Shown one piece after another: positions 1-9,812 of a stretch of DNA of 64,000 bases. Location: NCBI GenBank assembly GCA_963848965.1, contig CAWKFG010000004.1, forward strand, positions 800,001 through 864,000, given 5' to 3'. The DNA is from an uncultured bacterium. Its GTDB lineage: Bacteria > Babelota > Babeliae > Babelales > Babelaceae. The notes under the pieces are model-generated. The model ran no database searches, had not been told where the DNA came from, and saw only the letters and a program-made list of their open reading frames with translations. Within the stretch, counting starts at the first letter, position 1. The number at the start of each line of letters is the position of its first letter. Made by a program: the position numbers and the translations under genes.

Positions 1-17
1 ATTATAATTAATTTTAA

Positions 18-35
18 ATTGAATAATTATTCAAT
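18..35. promoter_or_regulatory. ARG box (ArgR operator) 1
   Basis: Perfect palindrome ATTGAATAATTATTCAAT matching the TGAATwwwwATTCA consensus, just downstream of TATAAT (3-8) and upstream of argR. Confidence 0.85.
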
Positions 36-106
36 AGCGATTGGCTAGAAACCAGAGAAAATTATAGCGCTGAAAACAAAATTACAAAAATCGGCCTGCT
101 AGCAAA

Positions 107-124
107 AATGAATAAAAATACTTA
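107..124 (+). promoter_or_regulatory. ARG box 2 (imperfect)
   Basis: AATGAATAAAAATACTTA adjacent to the argR RBS AAGGAG. Confidence 0.6.
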
Positions 125-136
125 AGGAGTATATAC

Positions 137-613
137 ATGAATAAGTTAAGCAAAGTTAATGAACGGCAAAAAGCGATCCAAGAACTTATTAAAGCTTACC
201 CCATTGAAAATCAGGTACAGCTAGTACAATTACTCAAAGAAAATTATGGTATTGAAACAAATCAATCAATTGTATCAAGAGATCTGAGAGACCTTGAAGT
301 AACAAAGCAAAAGTTCAAAGATACAATGATCTATGAGCTTAAAGAAGTAAATATAGACAAGGAAATTTTACGGTTGGGCATCATAGATATTACGCATAAT
401 GAAACACTCATTGCTGTCCATACGTTGGCTGGACTTGCTCCCTTTGTAGGAGACTTTCTTGATAAGCATAAAGATATAGGAATCCTTGCAACTCTTGCAG
501 GAGAAAACGTTGTCTTTGTTGCTCCTCAATCAATTAAAACTATCAAAGAGACATTCACCCAACTATGCCAGCTCGCTTACTTTAAACACCCAGAACAGAA
601 AGATAAATCATGA
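137..613 (+). CDS. argR: Arginine repressor
   Basis: Winged-helix QSIVSRDLRDL motif; C-terminal TLAGEN resembling TIAGDD; operon context. Confidence 0.92.
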   Translation: MNKLSKVNERQKAIQELIKAYPIENQVQLVQLLKENYGIETNQSIVSRDLRDLEVTKQKFKDTMIYELKEVNIDKEILRLGIIDITHNETLIAVHTLAGLAPFVGDFLDKHKDIGILATLAGENVVFVAPQSIKTIKETFTQLCQLAYFKHPEQKDKS

Positions 614-1365
614 AAAAAAATCTCTTATTATTTGGAACTATCACTTTAGGAGCCCTTATCCTAACGTATTTCTATACAGGTAACACAAAAAGTATCACTA
701 CAGATGAACTTATTGTAGGGACTAATCCTCATTTTCCTCCCTTTGAATATATAAAAAATGGTGAGATTGTGGGCTTTGACATTGAACTTATTAAAGAGAT
801 AGCAAAACGCATGGGCAAAAAGCTTATTTTGAAAGATATTGCCTTTGATTCTTTACTTTTAGAAGCACAATCAGGAAGAATTCATATGATTGCCGCTGCA
901 ATGACGCCAACACCAGAACGAGCAAAACAGGTTATTTTTACAAAACTCTATCTTGCTCAAGACCCACTTGAAGTTATTACACTTGCTGGACAACCACAAC
1001 CAAAAACGCTTGTCGATCTCAAAGGAAAAGAGGTAGTTGTCAATGACGGCTTTACAGCAGAAAGCTTTATGGCAAAGCAACCAGGCGTTATACTCAAGCG
1101 ATTACAATTTCCTGCTGAAGCTTTTCTTGCACTCCTCAACGGCCGAGCTTATGCATATGTTTCAGCACGAAATGCTGTACAGCCCTTTTTTGATCAGCAT
1201 GGTTCTGAAAAGTTTAATCGGTTAACTCTTCCTGTCTTTGATAGCTGTGCTTTTGCTATTTCAAAGAAGCATCCAGAACTTCTTGAGCCTATTCAAAAAG
1301 CTCTTAATGAACTTGAAAACAATGGCTTTTTAGAAAGTCTCAAAAAGAAATGGCATTTACTATAA
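610..1365 (+). CDS. Polar amino-acid ABC transporter substrate-binding protein (SBP family 3)
   Basis: N-terminal hydrophobic anchor; FPPFEY, GFDIEL and TPERAK motifs. Confidence 0.9.
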   Translation: MKKNLLLFGTITLGALILTYFYTGNTKSITTDELIVGTNPHFPPFEYIKNGEIVGFDIELIKEIAKRMGKKLILKDIAFDSLLLEAQSGRIHMIAAAMTPTPERAKQVIFTKLYLAQDPLEVITLAGQPQPKTLVDLKGKEVVVNDGFTAESFMAKQPGVILKRLQFPAEAFLALLNGRAYAYVSARNAVQPFFDQHGSEKFNRLTLPVFDSCAFAISKKHPELLEPIQKALNELENNGFLESLKKKWHLL

Positions 1366-1374
1366 GGACCTCCT

Positions 1375-2592
1375 ATGAAAGAAAAAGTAATCTTAGCTTA
1401 TAGTGGTGGCTTAGACACCTCAGTTATTTTAGCATGGCTCTGTAATAAGAAGTACGACGTTATCTGCTTTATAGCACATGTAGGCCAACAAGAAGACTTT
1501 GAAGAGATAAAGCAGAAAGCTCTCTCAATTGGTGCTCAAAAAGTTTATATAGAAGACCTGCAACAAGAATTTGTAGAAAGTTATATTTTTCAAGCGCTTA
1601 AAGCACAAGCTGTATATGAAGGAACATATCTATTGGGCACAGCGTTAGCACGCCCTTTAATCGCTCAAAAGCAAGTAGAAATTGCTCTTAAAGAGCAGTG
1701 TTCTTTCCTTGCACATGGCGCTACAGGCAAAGGAAACGATCAAATCCGGTTTGAGCTTACCTATCTCTCTCTTATGCCTCATGCACAGATCATCAGTCCA
1801 TGGAAGGATCCTGAATTTTTAGCGCAGTTTCAAGGACGATCAGATCTTATTGCTTATGCACAAAAGCATGGTATCCCAATTACATCAACATTAGAAAAGC
1901 CCTATAGCATTGATGCAAATCTTATGCATATAAGCTATGAAGGTGGTATGCTTGAAGATCCATCATATTCTCCTGCTAACTCTATTTTTCAATGGACTAC
2001 ATCGCTTTGTGATACTCCTGATAACAAAACAAGCATTGCTATCGAATTTACAGGAGGTATTCCGACAGCAGTAACTCATGGCGACAAATATATTACAGGA
2101 TCTCTTGAGTTATTTAAGTACCTTAATCATATAGGAGCACTCCATGGCATTGGTCGAATTGATATAGTAGAAAATCGTACTGTAGGCATGAAATCACGAG
2201 GTATCTATGAAGCTCCTGCAGGAACAATACTGTTTAAAGCTCATCGAGATTTAGAAACACTTGTACTTGACCGAGAAGTACTCCATTTGAAAGATATGCT
2301 TATGCCAAAAATTGCTCAACTTATCTACAATGGTTTTTGGTTTAGCCCTGAGATGGAATTTCTTATGGCTGCTATTAATAAAAGCCAAGAGCACCTTTGT
2401 GGTACTGTCTATATAGAGCTGTATAAAGGAAATGTTATCATCGCTGGGCGAGAATCAGCATATTCACTTTATAATAAAGATATTGCAAGTATGGATACCT
2501 GTGGAGCCTATAATCCTCTTGATGCTCAAGGGTTTATTACTATACAAAGTCTTCGTCTAAAAATAGCACAAGCTTTAAAGAAAGGTACATGA
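1375..2592 (+). CDS. argG: Argininosuccinate synthase
   Basis: AYSGGLDTS, HGATGKGNDQIRFE and ENRTVGMKSRGIYE motifs. Confidence 0.97.
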   Translation: MKEKVILAYSGGLDTSVILAWLCNKKYDVICFIAHVGQQEDFEEIKQKALSIGAQKVYIEDLQQEFVESYIFQALKAQAVYEGTYLLGTALARPLIAQKQVEIALKEQCSFLAHGATGKGNDQIRFELTYLSLMPHAQIISPWKDPEFLAQFQGRSDLIAYAQKHGIPITSTLEKPYSIDANLMHISYEGGMLEDPSYSPANSIFQWTTSLCDTPDNKTSIAIEFTGGIPTAVTHGDKYITGSLELFKYLNHIGALHGIGRIDIVENRTVGMKSRGIYEAPAGTILFKAHRDLETLVLDREVLHLKDMLMPKIAQLIYNGFWFSPEMEFLMAAINKSQEHLCGTVYIELYKGNVIIAGRESAYSLYNKDIASMDTCGAYNPLDAQGFITIQSLRLKIAQALKKGT

Positions 2593-3947
2593 TGGCAAAA
2601 TTATGGGACAAAGGCTACGAGCTTGATAAACTTATTGAACGATTTACAGTAGGCAATGATTTTCTACTTGACGCAGAGCTCATATATTATGATTCTGTAG
2701 GAAGTATTGCTCATGCACATATGCTTGCACATATAGGAATACTAACACAAAATGAGTTTACTAAGCTTAAAGAAGCACTCAATGAGATTATTTCTCTTGC
2801 AAGCCAGGGTACATTTTTTATCAGTGCAGAGGATGAAGATGTACATACTGCAATCGAAAACAAGCTGATAGCATCTTTAGGAGATCTAGGAAAAAAGATC
2901 CATACAGCTCGATCACGTAACGATCAAGTTATGCTCGATCTTAGACTCTATATGCGAGACAGCTTATTTACTGTAGTAAATGATGCGCTCACTCTGTGTA
3001 ATAAGCTTACGAAAGCTGCAGAGCTTTATAAAGATGTTCCGATACCAGGCAGAACTCATTTTCAACATGCTATGCCTTCTTCACTGGGACTCTTCTTTGG
3101 AGCTTATGCAGAATCATTGCTTGATGATATAGCTTTGTTACAAAGCTCTTATACCATTATAAATCAATCTCCCTTAGGCTCTGCTGCTAGCTACGGAGTT
3201 ATACTGCCTATTGACCGGCAGCATGTAGCAACTCTTTTGGGATTTGATCGAGTGCAAAACAATGTACTTTATGCTAACAATAGCCGAGGAAAAATTGAAA
3301 GTATTGTCCTCAGCGCTCTAGTACAAATAATGGTTGATCTGAGCAAATTGTGTACCGATCTTATCATATTTAGTGCACCAGAATTTGGCTACTTACAAAT
3401 ACCACAAGAGCTCTGCTCGGGAAGTAGTTTAATGCCACAAAAGCGTAATCCTTGTGGATTAGAGCTAGTACGAGCAAAATCTGCAACTGTAATGAGCTAT
3501 CTCATGCAAACATTAACTATCATACGAGGATTACCATCAGGATATAATCGTGATTTTCAGGAGACTAAGCAGTCATTGATTGACAGCTTTTCTATAACGA
3601 GTGATTCGTTGCATATTTGTAGTCATACAATAGCACATCTTGAGATTAATAGCCAAGCGTGTAAAACTGCATTTTCGACCGAGCTTTTTGCAACTGATTA
3701 TGCATTACAGCTTGTTCAAGCAGGCTCTCCATTTCGAGATGCATATAAACAGATAGCACATAATCCAGATACAATCCCTTGGCAAGATCCAGTAGAAAAT
3801 ATTAAGGCAAAAGTGCATCAAGGAGCTTCTGGTAATCTAGGCCTTGAACTTATTAAAGAGCAATGTGCTCAGTATGTTTCATGGGCTCAAAATACACAGC
3901 ATGTATATAAAACTTGTATCAACGCTTTACTTACAGAGGATAAATAA
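2589..3947 (+). CDS. argH: Argininosuccinate lyase
   Basis: EDVH, HTARSRNDQ, GSSLMPQKRNP and GYNRDFQE motifs. Confidence 0.96.
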   Translation: MMAKLWDKGYELDKLIERFTVGNDFLLDAELIYYDSVGSIAHAHMLAHIGILTQNEFTKLKEALNEIISLASQGTFFISAEDEDVHTAIENKLIASLGDLGKKIHTARSRNDQVMLDLRLYMRDSLFTVVNDALTLCNKLTKAAELYKDVPIPGRTHFQHAMPSSLGLFFGAYAESLLDDIALLQSSYTIINQSPLGSAASYGVILPIDRQHVATLLGFDRVQNNVLYANNSRGKIESIVLSALVQIMVDLSKLCTDLIIFSAPEFGYLQIPQELCSGSSLMPQKRNPCGLELVRAKSATVMSYLMQTLTIIRGLPSGYNRDFQETKQSLIDSFSITSDSLHICSHTIAHLEINSQACKTAFSTELFATDYALQLVQAGSPFRDAYKQIAHNPDTIPWQDPVENIKAKVHQGASGNLGLELIKEQCAQYVSWAQNTQHVYKTCINALLTEDK

Positions 3948-4609
3948 TGATTAATCTAGATTTAATGCTCCAGTCGCTTCCTCAACTTATGAAAGGAGCA
4001 TGGATAACAATTGAAATAGCAGGTATCTCTTGGTTCTTTGGATTTGCTCTAGGAACTATCTTAGGATTCTTACAAGCAAGAAAAATGCCCTTTCTGCAAA
4101 AAGCAATTTCTGCATACGTTACTCTTATACGAGGAACTCCTTTACTTATCCAGATAACTTTTTTCTACTATGTATTGCCCGTATTTGGTAGTACTCTTTC
4201 CAGCTTTTGGACGGCAGTTATCGCACTCGGTATTAATAGCAGTGCTTATATTAGTCAAATTATTAAATCTGGTATTACTGCCGTAGGCAATGAGCAGGTA
4301 GAAGCAGCATATGTACTCGGCTTTACGCCATTTCAGATAGCACGATATATAGTTATACCTCAAGCAGTACGTATTACTCTTCCAGCTTTAGCAGGAGAGT
4401 GCATAACTTTAATGAAAGATTCAAGTCTTGCATCTACGCTCGGAGTTATGGAGCTTTATAAAGAGGTGCGAATTATCATGAATCAGACATACGATGTTAT
4501 AACGCTCTTTTTCCTCGCTGCCCTCTTTTATCTAGCTATGACTTCATTTATATCCTTTTTATTTTACCTTTTAGAACGAAAGATGAACTGGTATGTTAAA
4601 TATTCATAA
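3947..4609 (+). CDS. Amino-acid ABC transporter permease (HisM/GlnP family)
   Basis: IRGTPLLIQ, EAA loop, KDSSLAS. Confidence 0.93.
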   Translation: MINLDLMLQSLPQLMKGAWITIEIAGISWFFGFALGTILGFLQARKMPFLQKAISAYVTLIRGTPLLIQITFFYYVLPVFGSTLSSFWTAVIALGINSSAYISQIIKSGITAVGNEQVEAAYVLGFTPFQIARYIVIPQAVRITLPALAGECITLMKDSSLASTLGVMELYKEVRIIMNQTYDVITLFFLAALFYLAMTSFISFLFYLLERKMNWYVKYS

Positions 4610-5306
4610 TATAAGTAAAACATTTAATGGTAAAAAGATCTTCACTGATCTTTCTCTTACAGTAGGCCCTGGACAAATTGCTCTTCTGTTAGGAAGTTCT
4701 GGTGTTGGTAAATCTACTTTACTACGAATACTGAGCAACTTAGAGACTCCAGATACTGGAACTATACTTCTTGATGGCAAACCACTTAAAGATTACCCGC
4801 CCTATACTGTAGGTATGGTTTTTCAACATTTTAATCTTTTTAAGCATCTATCAGTTGAGCACAATATAACTCTTGCTCTTGAAAAAATCTTTGGTTGGGA
4901 TTCTGCCAAAGCTCATGAGCATGCTTATAAACTCCTCGAACAATACAACATAGAAGATAAAGCGTCTCAACCTATTACAAGTCTTTCTGGTGGGCAAAAA
5001 CAACGTCTTGCTATAGCTCGGGCATTAGCTTTAAACCCACGAATTGTATGTATGGACGAACCTACTTCTGCACTTGATCCTCGGCTTACACACTCTATAG
5101 CACAAGAGATTCAGAATCTTGCCCAAAAAGGCCATATAGTTATAGTTTCAACACACGATATGAACCTTGTTTCTCATTTAGATTGCACTATTTATCTTAT
5201 CGATCAAGGGCACATTATTGAAACTGCTTCCTCAAAAGAACTTCAAACTGAAGCTCACGGATTTAAACATATTAGTACTTTTATAAAGGGAACATCATCT
5301 TTATAA
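4593..5306 (+). CDS. Amino-acid ABC transporter ATP-binding protein
   Basis: Walker A GSSGVGKS, LSGGQKQR signature, DEPTSALD. Confidence 0.94.
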   Translation: MLNIHNISKTFNGKKIFTDLSLTVGPGQIALLLGSSGVGKSTLLRILSNLETPDTGTILLDGKPLKDYPPYTVGMVFQHFNLFKHLSVEHNITLALEKIFGWDSAKAHEHAYKLLEQYNIEDKASQPITSLSGGQKQRLAIARALALNPRIVCMDEPTSALDPRLTHSIAQEIQNLAQKGHIVIVSTHDMNLVSHLDCTIYLIDQGHIIETASSKELQTEAHGFKHISTFIKGTSSL

Positions 5307-5444
5307 GACAATGAACAACACGATGCTCTCGTTATACTGTAGCATAGCAAAGTACACCTAAATTTATTGACTACTTTTGAATATTTAATTTATTATGGTA
5401 TAATAACAGGTATAAAATAAGATTAATTAATTATTCTTTTAGAA

Positions 5445-7505
5445 ATGGATCAAAAAATGAAATGGTACTTTTATTACCTTCTAAGTATAGCTGCTTTTAC
5501 GGGCAGTCTCTTGTCTATGGAACCTGCAGAGAAAGAAGAAGCTGCACCACCTAAAGAATTAGTTCCTATTGCTCGTCCTGGATATCTTCAGTGTATAGGA
5601 AGTTATTTACAGGGAACTTTAACATCAGCCTATAGTGGAAGTCAGTATCTTGTAGGGAGCACCTGGTCAGGGCTTGGGTATCTAACAAATTTAAGTATGG
5701 CTGGTGGCCGGTATGTACTTAACTTAGGATACTGTGCTCTTGAGCACTATTTAGCCTCTATACAATTGAGAAAACTTATCGCACGTCCTGATAAGTACTC
5801 TTCTGTTTTATCACATGTAAGGACCTGTACAAGTCTTAATAATGAAGAACAAGAGTTTCTTAACAATCGTATGGCAAAAGTAAAAAACGCTCTTGAAAGA
5901 ATGCTTGATAAGCAAGTTGATTCAAAATATATACCAAAAATAGCTCTCTGTTTCAGTGGAGGGGGTTATCGAGCTATGCTTGAAACGCTTGGTTGGTTAA
6001 CAGGAGCTGAAAGAATGGGTCTCCTCGATAGTTCTGTCTACATGACGGGACTTTCTGGATCAACATGGGCTCTCAATCCTTGGGTAGCCTCTCGGCTCTC
6101 ATTAGCTGCCTATAAAGAGCAACTGTTACCTAAGCTTACTAAAACACTTATGGAGCATGTAAAAAGTATGAGTACTCAAGATGCTCTTGAAATTCTTGTA
6201 GCACTTAGCAAAAAATATGTAGATCTTCAATCTATTGGACCTGCAGACTTTTTTGGTGCATTACTTGCTCATATGCTTCTTTCAAACATAGTACGACATA
6301 AACAGACATTTTCTCTTGCTGATCTTGCACCTTTAGTAAAATTAGGAAATTATCCTCTCGTAATTTCTACAGCTTCTTTAGGCGGAACATTTAACTTAAA
6401 ATACAGACCTACTTTTGAATTTTCTCCTTTTGAGATAGGAAGTGCTGAATGTGCTAAAGGTATATTTATTCCTTCATGGTCTTTAGGAAGAGTTTTCAAT
6501 AAGGGCACTTCGCAAAATATTGTTCCTATCGATATATTTAAATATGAAAAAGAAGCACTTTCAACCGCAGCAGGGCTCCTTACAACAAAAGTGCTTGGTG
6601 AGCAAGAAGCAAAAGAAGAAGTAGAAGAAAAAGCACAAATAGTTCACTACTTTGGAAGGCAGCAGTCTCTTGGGTACCTTATGGGCATCTGGGGCTCTGC
6701 TTTTGCTCTTAACATCGCAGATGTTCTTTTTGAATTAGCTAAAAAATTCTTTCCTGAAGATGTATGCCCTGTAGAAGGAGAATCAGCAGGCGGTCAATTC
6801 AAGCTTTTAAAAAGTATCTTTGCTTCACTGCTTGCCAAAACCATAGAATCATTAAGAGTTGGCTCATTTGAGCTCAAGAATATAGCGCCGGTAGCAGGAG
6901 ACATAAAGCGTTATATTGAAAACGAAAATTACGGTGCTGCACTTATTCCTAATATTACTCATAATATGGCTAACCAACCATTACGAGAAAGTCCTTATCT
7001 TTCACTCGTTGATGGAGGATTTGATGAAATAGAGGGCGATAGGCTCAACATAGCTATAACACCATTGTTAAGAAAAGATCGTGATCTTGATGTTATCATT
7101 ATTGGCGATAGTTCTGCAGAACTTATAGGAGCTCCTTCATTACGAGCTGCAGAAAGGCGTGCAAAAGCGCTTGGAGTCAAATTTCCAAAAATTACGTACG
7201 AAAACATTGATAAAAAGCCTATAAGTATCTTTATGGATGAAGGTGATCCTTCTGTGCCTATTATTGTATATATGCCAGGTATAGCAAACCCTGCTTATGG
7301 AGATTTCAATCCAATTACTGCTCTTTACACATATACGTTGAATTTCACTTATACTCAAGAGCAGGCTCAAACACTTATGGGATTAACCGAATTTAATATT
7401 ACGCAAGCTGCTCCTCTTATTCGAGAAGTTGTCTTAAAGGCAATAGAGAGAAAACAAGCAAAAGAGAAAAAAGGCGGTTGGTTTAGTTGGCTCAGAGGAA
7501 AATAA
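5445..7505 (+). CDS. Secreted cPLA2/phospholipase B-like lysophospholipase
   Basis: Signal peptide; SGGGYRAM oxyanion motif, GLSGSTW nucleophile, FEFSPFEIG, LVDGG catalytic Asp. Start may be the second ATG (5457). Confidence 0.85.
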   Translation: MDQKMKWYFYYLLSIAAFTGSLLSMEPAEKEEAAPPKELVPIARPGYLQCIGSYLQGTLTSAYSGSQYLVGSTWSGLGYLTNLSMAGGRYVLNLGYCALEHYLASIQLRKLIARPDKYSSVLSHVRTCTSLNNEEQEFLNNRMAKVKNALERMLDKQVDSKYIPKIALCFSGGGYRAMLETLGWLTGAERMGLLDSSVYMTGLSGSTWALNPWVASRLSLAAYKEQLLPKLTKTLMEHVKSMSTQDALEILVALSKKYVDLQSIGPADFFGALLAHMLLSNIVRHKQTFSLADLAPLVKLGNYPLVISTASLGGTFNLKYRPTFEFSPFEIGSAECAKGIFIPSWSLGRVFNKGTSQNIVPIDIFKYEKEALSTAAGLLTTKVLGEQEAKEEVEEKAQIVHYFGRQQSLGYLMGIWGSAFALNIADVLFELAKKFFPEDVCPVEGESAGGQFKLLKSIFASLLAKTIESLRVGSFELKNIAPVAGDIKRYIENENYGAALIPNITHNMANQPLRESPYLSLVDGGFDEIEGDRLNIAITPLLRKDRDLDVIIIGDSSAELIGAPSLRAAERRAKALGVKFPKITYENIDKKPISIFMDEGDPSVPIIVYMPGIANPAYGDFNPITALYTYTLNFTYTQEQAQTLMGLTEFNITQAAPLIREVVLKAIERKQAKEKKGGWFSWLRGK

Positions 7506-7540
7506 CTCCAAGCTCTAGTAAACTTTTTTGTAAAATATAG

Positions 7541-7573
7541 GTTAAAGGTGCTCATATCGTGAGCACCTTTAAC
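7541..7573. terminator. Bidirectional hairpin terminator
   Basis: GTTAAAGGTGCTC-loop-GAGCACCTTTAAC between convergent genes. Confidence 0.8.
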
Positions 7574-8221
7574 TTACTGTAGATACTTTACAATTCCCTG
7601 AGCAATAATAGCTGCTGCTTTTTGCTTATTAGCAGTTTCATGCAATTCTTTTTCAACATCTGGATTTGAAATAAAATCTACTTCTACAAGCACAGCGGGA
7701 CAGGTAGCTTTGCTTAGTACTCTAAACTTTGCAGCACGAATACCTCTATCACGCCGATTTCTTCCATTATTTGCAATATCAGACTCTCGTTGCTGTGAAA
7801 ACTGATGGTGAATACATGCTGCCAGCTTATATGATTCTGCAGGGCATTGTTCTACCATAGGGACATAGACTTCATACCCTCTTTTTTTAGCTGATTCAGC
7901 CGCATTAAGGTGTATCGAAACAAAAACAGCATTCTTTTCTTTGGCTCCAATTGCAACTCTTTTTTCTAGATCTTCAGAAAGATTTGGATCAAAGTGTTTA
8001 TCTTCATTACGAGTAAGCACTACTTTGATACCTTGCTTTTTAAGGATATTTCCTACTCTTCGTGCAATATCAAGAGCAAGCGTTTTTTCAACCAACAGTT
8101 TTTGTGGACTTACACATCCAGGAAATTTACCACCATGTCCTGGATCAAGAATTACTGTAGCCTTAGGTGCTGCAAGTACATAAACATTGAATAGCGCTAC
8201 TAACCATAAGCTTTTATACAT
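7574..8221 (-). CDS. N-acetylmuramoyl-L-alanine amidase (Amidase_3)
   Basis: ILDPGHGG, LTR, FVSIHLNA, PAVLVEVDFISN; start placed at ATG 8221 behind a GAGGAG RBS. Confidence 0.92.
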   Translation of the reverse strand: MYKSLWLVALFNVYVLAAPKATVILDPGHGGKFPGCVSPQKLLVEKTLALDIARRVGNILKKQGIKVVLTRNEDKHFDPNLSEDLEKRVAIGAKEKNAVFVSIHLNAAESAKKRGYEVYVPMVEQCPAESYKLAACIHHQFSQQRESDIANNGRNRRDRGIRAAKFRVLSKATCPAVLVEVDFISNPDVEKELHETANKQKAAAIIAQGIVKYLQ

Positions 8222-8222
8222 A

Positions 8223-9464
8223 CTACTCCTCATAAATACTCTTTAATGAAAGTAATTTATACTCTTTTACTTCTTTAGCAAGTGATCCATTTCTATTTAA
8301 AAGTCTTAAGGGTTTTTATTCTCTATATGAATGCACAAGTTGCTCAAATGTTGTAATTCCTTCAAATACTTCGCCAATAGGTAGTGTTTGTACATATCCA
8401 TAGCCAGGATCATAGCCTCGTGAATCAACACACTCACCAATTAGTGCATCACTTACTACAAGCACATGGCCAGGAATCCAAATAATATCGCCATTTTGTA
8501 GCATCTCTGTAGGCATTAACGGACGAAGATTCTTAGCCGCAGTTGTTGTGTTTTTAAAGAAATAAGGCATTCCACAGCTCTGAGCCACACGTAAAATAAG
8601 TCCTGAGCAATCACAACCTGTGTGTGGCGCACCTTCTGGTCTACTCCAATACGTAAGCTCTTGTGTTCCCTGTACCACTGTCTCTTTTTTAGCATTATAA
8701 GGATCACACAAAGAGATATAGGTACTACCACCCCACACATACGGTATCTTATTGGGGTTATTCTGGGCCCATTGTTTAAGTACCTTAACAAAGGTATCTC
8801 TACTAACAGTGTACTGCTTACTATAAAATATAAGCGCATACTCATGAGGTATTGCTACTATTCTTTTCTTTTGTGTAGGATAGTGTAACACTTCTACCAC
8901 ATATGAGCTTGCAGATGTTTGTACAGGCATAGGAACAAAGCGTGTTCCTGCAGAATACCATGTACTTGTTTCTTCATCGAGCCACGGTCTTATAAGTGTT
9001 AAAATACCATCTACAAGAACATTTTTAGAGAGATTTTTTGGTACAAAATTCTCAGCATACGGCTGTGGAATAGCAGACAGGTTTCCTGCTTCTTTTAGAT
9101 CTTTCAAATAACAAAGATTCTTTTCAAGTGTCCAAAACTCGTTGTATCGATTGCCAGCAACATCTTCCCAAAATGCATTAGGCACTTGGCATTTTACTTG
9201 ACCGTCTTTTTTTTCTACTACTCGTACAACTTCGTTAAATATAAGTTGATGAATTCTTTTGCATGTCTCAAGTTTATTACCCCAAGACACAGGAATTGCT
9301 GCATACTGCTCTTCAAGAGATTTTTCTAAAGAAAGAGCCTCTCCGGTCATATCTGCCACCGGTATTATAACAACTGCTTCTTGAGAAAGTTCTTTGCTAT
9401 CCCAATAGCCAGCATGAAGTATAAAAGGAATAAAAAGAGATAAAAGAAAACTATATCGTTTCAT
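8223..9464 (-). CDS. NlpC/P60-family peptidase with an in-frame TAA at 8316-8318 (possible pseudogene)
   Basis: PYVWGG, DCSGL and GH motifs; reading past the TAA gives 30 more codons homologous to the tail of paralog 40766..41971. Confidence 0.8.
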
Positions 9465-9653
9465 AGACTGTCCCTTATTAAAAGTATTTCTAACTAAGCA
9501 TAGGATAAATCATTACTTCGTCAAGGGAGTATTAGAAATGTGTTTCATGAACTTTTATAGAATTTTCAATTCATAAAGTTATAGCATTAAACAATTATGA
9601 AAAGTTAGATCATACAAACCTTCTTTTTCGACTATTTTCTATCTGATATTTAA

Positions 9654-9682
9654 TTGACAGTCATTAATATTAGGGTTACTAT
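9654..9682 (+). promoter_or_regulatory. Sigma70 promoter of ankyrin gene
   Basis: TTGACA-17nt-TACTAT, repeated before paralogs. Confidence 0.75.
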
Positions 9683-9812
9683 TTACAAAAGACGTGCCAA
9701 ATGTTTAAAGCACAGAAAGCATAATAAATTAGCTATTTATTTCATTCTGTTTTCATATTTTATTGAAAGCAACTACTAAATATAGTAATTGAGTAACTAT
9801 TAAAGGATAGTT

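Noticed and set aside
8316..8318. Alternative genetic code (TAA reassignment)
   Set aside because: Only one clear case; many other genes end normally at TAA
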